From the IMG/VR virus record IMGVR_UViG_3300025401_000648: DNA of 64,000 bases. The stretch is one strand, 5' to 3'. The position numbers and the translations under genes are program-made. Below are positions 61,194 to 64,000 of the stretch, piece by piece (positions within the stretch are counted from its first letter, which is position 1; each line of letters opens with the position of its first letter). The DNA comes from a virus (Duplodnaviria; Caudoviricetes). Below the pieces are notes generated by a model. It searched no databases and was not told where the DNA came from. It was given only the letters and a program-made list of their open reading frames with translations.

Positions 61194-62423
61194 ATGAGTA
61201 ATGCGTTCACTAATTTTCTAGGAAATGTAACTGACGGGTTTTTAGGCAATCCATCGCCTACTATGAAAGACCGTGTACATGCCAGCAATTTATATGTTGC
61301 CAACACGTATGCTAGAGCACCAAAGTTAGGATTTCTATATTTTTTATCTTTTAACTACAATCAAAATGTTGTAAGAGATGCCGCCTGGGCCAAGACAGGC
61401 GAAACAGATGTTGGACTATTGGCTAAAAAAGTGGATCTCCCTAGATTTAAAATTTCCACTGATACGTTAAATCAATACAATAGAAAAACCAAGATACAAA
61501 CTAAGTTAGACTACGAACCTATTAATATTGAATTTCATGATGATAACAGTAACCTTACTAGTGGGCTTTGGAGAAATTATTACAAGTATTATTACACAGA
61601 TAGTACTTATGGCGGATCTAATGATTTTACAGTGGCTAGCTCTCCAGCAAAATCAAGTGTTGTAAAACAACTATTTGGCGGGTTGAGCGCTCCTGGCAGT
61701 AAAAAGAATAAAGGATCTACAGCTAAACCAGCTATGAGTCAAGCATATAGTGATACAAAATTTAGTTCTTCAAATTATCTCTATGGGTTGAGCAGTTTCC
61801 AAAAAGATCCGTTTTTTAGTAGCATAGATATCTATGTGTTACACCAACACAAATTTACACAGTTTACACTAGTAAATCCACTGATAACAGAATGGGCACA
61901 CGACAATTTAGATCAAGACCAGGGCGGCAAGATTTTACATAATCGAATGACAGTGACCTACGAAAATGTGTTTTATCAATCTGGAAAAATTACCAAGGGT
62001 TCAGATTCTGGTGCGTTCACAAATTATTATTATGATACCACCCCTAGTCCATTAAGCATTGGTGGTAAAGGATCTAATTCATTGTTTGGCCCTGGTGGTA
62101 TTGTCGCTGGTACTGAAGCAATATTTGGTGAAAATGGCGCAATCGCAGAAGGAAATTATCTAGGGGCCGCACTTCAAACTGTTACCTTACTTAAAAATGC
62201 GGCAAATATCACCAAGTCAAGTTTAGTATCAGAAGGTTATAGTATAGCCAATGGAGCATTGAACAGCATAGCAAGTGGTGGAAATCAACCAGGTGGTATT
62301 GGAAGTCAAGCGGCTGCGGCAATTAGTCAAACTAATCCAGGCGCGGCAATATTCTTTTCAGGTTCAAATAATTCCAGCGTAAATGGAAATATTGTAGCTT
62401 CACCAGTTAACACACGAAAATAA
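61194..62423 (+). CDS. Tail tube-like baseplate protein (gp48/gp54-like)
   Basis: LAKKVDLPRF..T.TLNQYNRK...QTKLDYEPI.IEFHDD tube-fold motif; TAAATA at 61183-61188. Confidence 0.65.
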   Translation: MSNAFTNFLGNVTDGFLGNPSPTMKDRVHASNLYVANTYARAPKLGFLYFLSFNYNQNVVRDAAWAKTGETDVGLLAKKVDLPRFKISTDTLNQYNRKTKIQTKLDYEPINIEFHDDNSNLTSGLWRNYYKYYYTDSTYGGSNDFTVASSPAKSSVVKQLFGGLSAPGSKKNKGSTAKPAMSQAYSDTKFSSSNYLYGLSSFQKDPFFSSIDIYVLHQHKFTQFTLVNPLITEWAHDNLDQDQGGKILHNRMTVTYENVFYQSGKITKGSDSGAFTNYYYDTTPSPLSIGGKGSNSLFGPGGIVAGTEAIFGENGAIAEGNYLGAALQTVTLLKNAANITKSSLVSEGYSIANGALNSIASGGNQPGGIGSQAAAAISQTNPGAAIFFSGSNNSSVNGNIVASPVNTRK

Positions 62424-62425
62424 TA

Positions 62426-62803
62426 ATGGCAAATACCACATATAATAATATACCCTTTGAATCGGTACTCAGTTCAAACAGTACAGTACAGTCTTTTGAC
62501 AGCTATTATAGTAAGCCTGTTGAATTAAATTCAGGAGTACTAAATGCTGTGACGGCATTCTTTACCAAGAGAGGATTCGATCCACAAGCCGCACAATCAA
62601 TAGCTGTGATAATTATCAAACAGGCCAAAAAAGACAATTACAATCCAATGACTATTTTGGATACTATTTCAGGCTATGATTCAGCACAGATCAGCGCACT
62701 GGTCACTGAAATCCTAAACTACAATAGATATAAATCCAGTTTCCTTGGATATGCTTTGGCATTTGTTACCAATCCAGAAGTAGCACGTAATATTTTAGCA
62801 TGA
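62426..62803 (+). CDS. Hypothetical virion protein
   Basis: 125 aa coupled to both neighbours. Confidence 0.65.
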   Translation: MANTTYNNIPFESVLSSNSTVQSFDSYYSKPVELNSGVLNAVTAFFTKRGFDPQAAQSIAVIIIKQAKKDNYNPMTILDTISGYDSAQISALVTEILNYNRYKSSFLGYALAFVTNPEVARNILA

Positions 62804-63237
62804 AATTTAGTCAAGGTGTATATCAGGTAAAGAACCCTGAAAAATATATGGGTAATAAGGCTCCTACATATCGTAGTGGCTGGGAATATACCTTTATGAC
62901 ATTTTGTGATAATAATCCTAGTATACAGCAGTGGTCCAGTGAAAGTGTTAAAATTCCCTACAGGGATCCGCTGACAGGAAAAAATACAATTTATATTCCT
63001 GATTTTTTAATCAGCTATGTGGATAAAAAATTAAAGAAACATGTTGAACTTATTGAGATAAAACCTTCAAATCAAACACTAGCTGAAAAAGTTGGAAAAA
63101 ATCCCTATAATCAAGCTCAGTATGTTAAGAACATGGCCAAGTGGGAAGCTGCCAGCGCATGGTGTCGAAGTCAAGGAATCAAATTTAGAATATTGAATGA
63201 AACCGATATCTATCAAAATACTAAGAAAGTGAAATAA
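62800..63237 (+). CDS. gp4: Head completion nuclease (TnsA-like)
   Basis: KNPEKY.G...YRS.WE..FM..CD.NP.I..WSSE...IPY...Y.PDF...IEIKP..Q...N.AKW.AA..WC...G..F.I..E. Confidence 0.88.
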   Translation: MKFSQGVYQVKNPEKYMGNKAPTYRSGWEYTFMTFCDNNPSIQQWSSESVKIPYRDPLTGKNTIYIPDFLISYVDKKLKKHVELIEIKPSNQTLAEKVGKNPYNQAQYVKNMAKWEAASAWCRSQGIKFRILNETDIYQNTKKVK

Positions 63238-63245
63238 GTAAGAGT

Positions 63246-63725
63246 ATGACAAAGAAACTAGAAGAAATATTTGATTTACCCGAAGACAATGGTCCTGTTA
63301 TTGAGCCGCCATCGGGTCCAACAAACACACAGGTTATTAATCTAGAAGAAAAACTAGAAGAGTTTGATAAAATTGCTGCCGCCTTGCCTCGAGTAAAGGG
63401 CTTAGGCGACATCAGCGATTCGGAATTAGATGCCTTGGCCGCAAAAGCAGAACAGGCCTATGATGACCTAATGGACTTGGGCATGAATGTTGAAGCACGT
63501 TACGGAGCTCGTATGTTTGAAGTAGCCGCTAACATGATGAATGCCGCTATCACAGCTAAAACCAATAAAATAGAAAAGAAGTTAAAGATGGTAGATCTGC
63601 AGCTCAAAAAGCTGGCAATTGATAAGAAACACGGGAATGAGAGTGGGGAAACAGTTGAAGGTGAGGGTTATATACTTACAGATCGCAACAGCATCCTAGA
63701 AAAAATCAAAAATATGAATAAATAA
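63246..63725 (+). CDS. Hypothetical helical protein (possible small terminase)
   Basis: 159-aa helical protein ending LTDRNSILEKIK. The small-terminase idea is only a guess. Confidence 0.45.
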   Translation: MTKKLEEIFDLPEDNGPVIEPPSGPTNTQVINLEEKLEEFDKIAAALPRVKGLGDISDSELDALAAKAEQAYDDLMDLGMNVEARYGARMFEVAANMMNAAITAKTNKIEKKLKMVDLQLKKLAIDKKHGNESGETVEGEGYILTDRNSILEKIKNMNK

Positions 63726-63731
63726 ATTACT

Positions 63732-64000
63732 ATGAAAACTTTTAAAGAATATCTATCTGAATCTGTTGCTACACGCAAACACGAATTTCGTGTTAAGGTG
63801 GCTGGAGAATTTAGCGCGGATCAAGAATCAAAATTAAAATCAATGCTTGAACGTTTCCAAGTAGATGCTTTTAAAAAATTAAAAACTACCCCCGTCCAAA
63901 GTCTTCCACTAGACTTCCCGCAAGTACGTAACTGTGAAGTTACAATTTTTGAAGTTACATTGGATTATCCAACAACGCAACAGGAACTTAGAGAATATCT
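63732..64000 (+). CDS. Virion/head protein, partial
   Basis: MKTFKEYLSES N-terminus typical of T4-like head-packaged proteins; TAAATA at 63719-63724; open to the window end. Confidence 0.65.
   Translation, partial: MKTFKEYLSESVATRKHEFRVKVAGEFSADQESKLKSMLERFQVDAFKKLKTTPVQSLPLDFPQVRNCEVTIFEVTLDYPTTQQELREY

Noticed and set aside
146-63412. Many 60-170 aa ORFs antisense to or nested in long genes (e.g. 11670-12056, 16502-16885, 17033-17548, 20309-20770)
   Set aside because: Shadow ORFs of strongly biased sense-strand codons, with no expression signals or motifs.
1-64000. Stop-codon reassignment, as in some jumbo phages
   Set aside because: Conserved genes are full length in the standard code and coding density is near complete.
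1-64000. tRNA, tmRNA or rRNA genes
   Set aside because: No cloverleaf or T-loop (GTTCGA-type) context was recognised in the few intergenic gaps; tRNAscan-SE/ARAGORN would settle it.

Overview
The window is a gene-dense, AT-rich segment of a large T4-related myophage, probably a jumbo phage. It covers most of the virion morphogenesis region. Recognisable genes are: baseplate genes, the late sigma factor gp55, gp47/gp46, a GIY-YIG nuclease, tape measure, portal, prohead core/protease/scaffold, major capsid, about 29 kb of giant Ser/Thr/Gly-rich virion and fibre genes, a flavin-dependent halogenase, a NUDIX hydrolase, neck and tail-terminator genes, dNMP kinase, tail sheath and tube, and head-completion gp4. 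Long ORFs read through in the standard genetic code. I saw no tRNA, rRNA, CRISPR array, integrase or reverse transcriptase. Three things stand out. (1) A 2822-aa virion protein carries 11 repeats, mostly spaced 140-171 aa apart, each with a C-x-R-D-x-G motif that resembles the bilin-attachment helix of phycobiliproteins. (2) A roughly 420-nt, GC-richer, highly paired and apparently pseudoknotted intergenic RNA candidate (ROOL-like) lies directly behind the GIY-YIG gene. (3) There is a layer of translational control: probable AUU starts for the two adjacent neck/tail-terminator genes, a hairpin-bridged Shine-Dalgarno, and an RBS-sequestering hairpin with a late promoter in its loop. All family assignments come from motif recognition by eye; no database searches were run.
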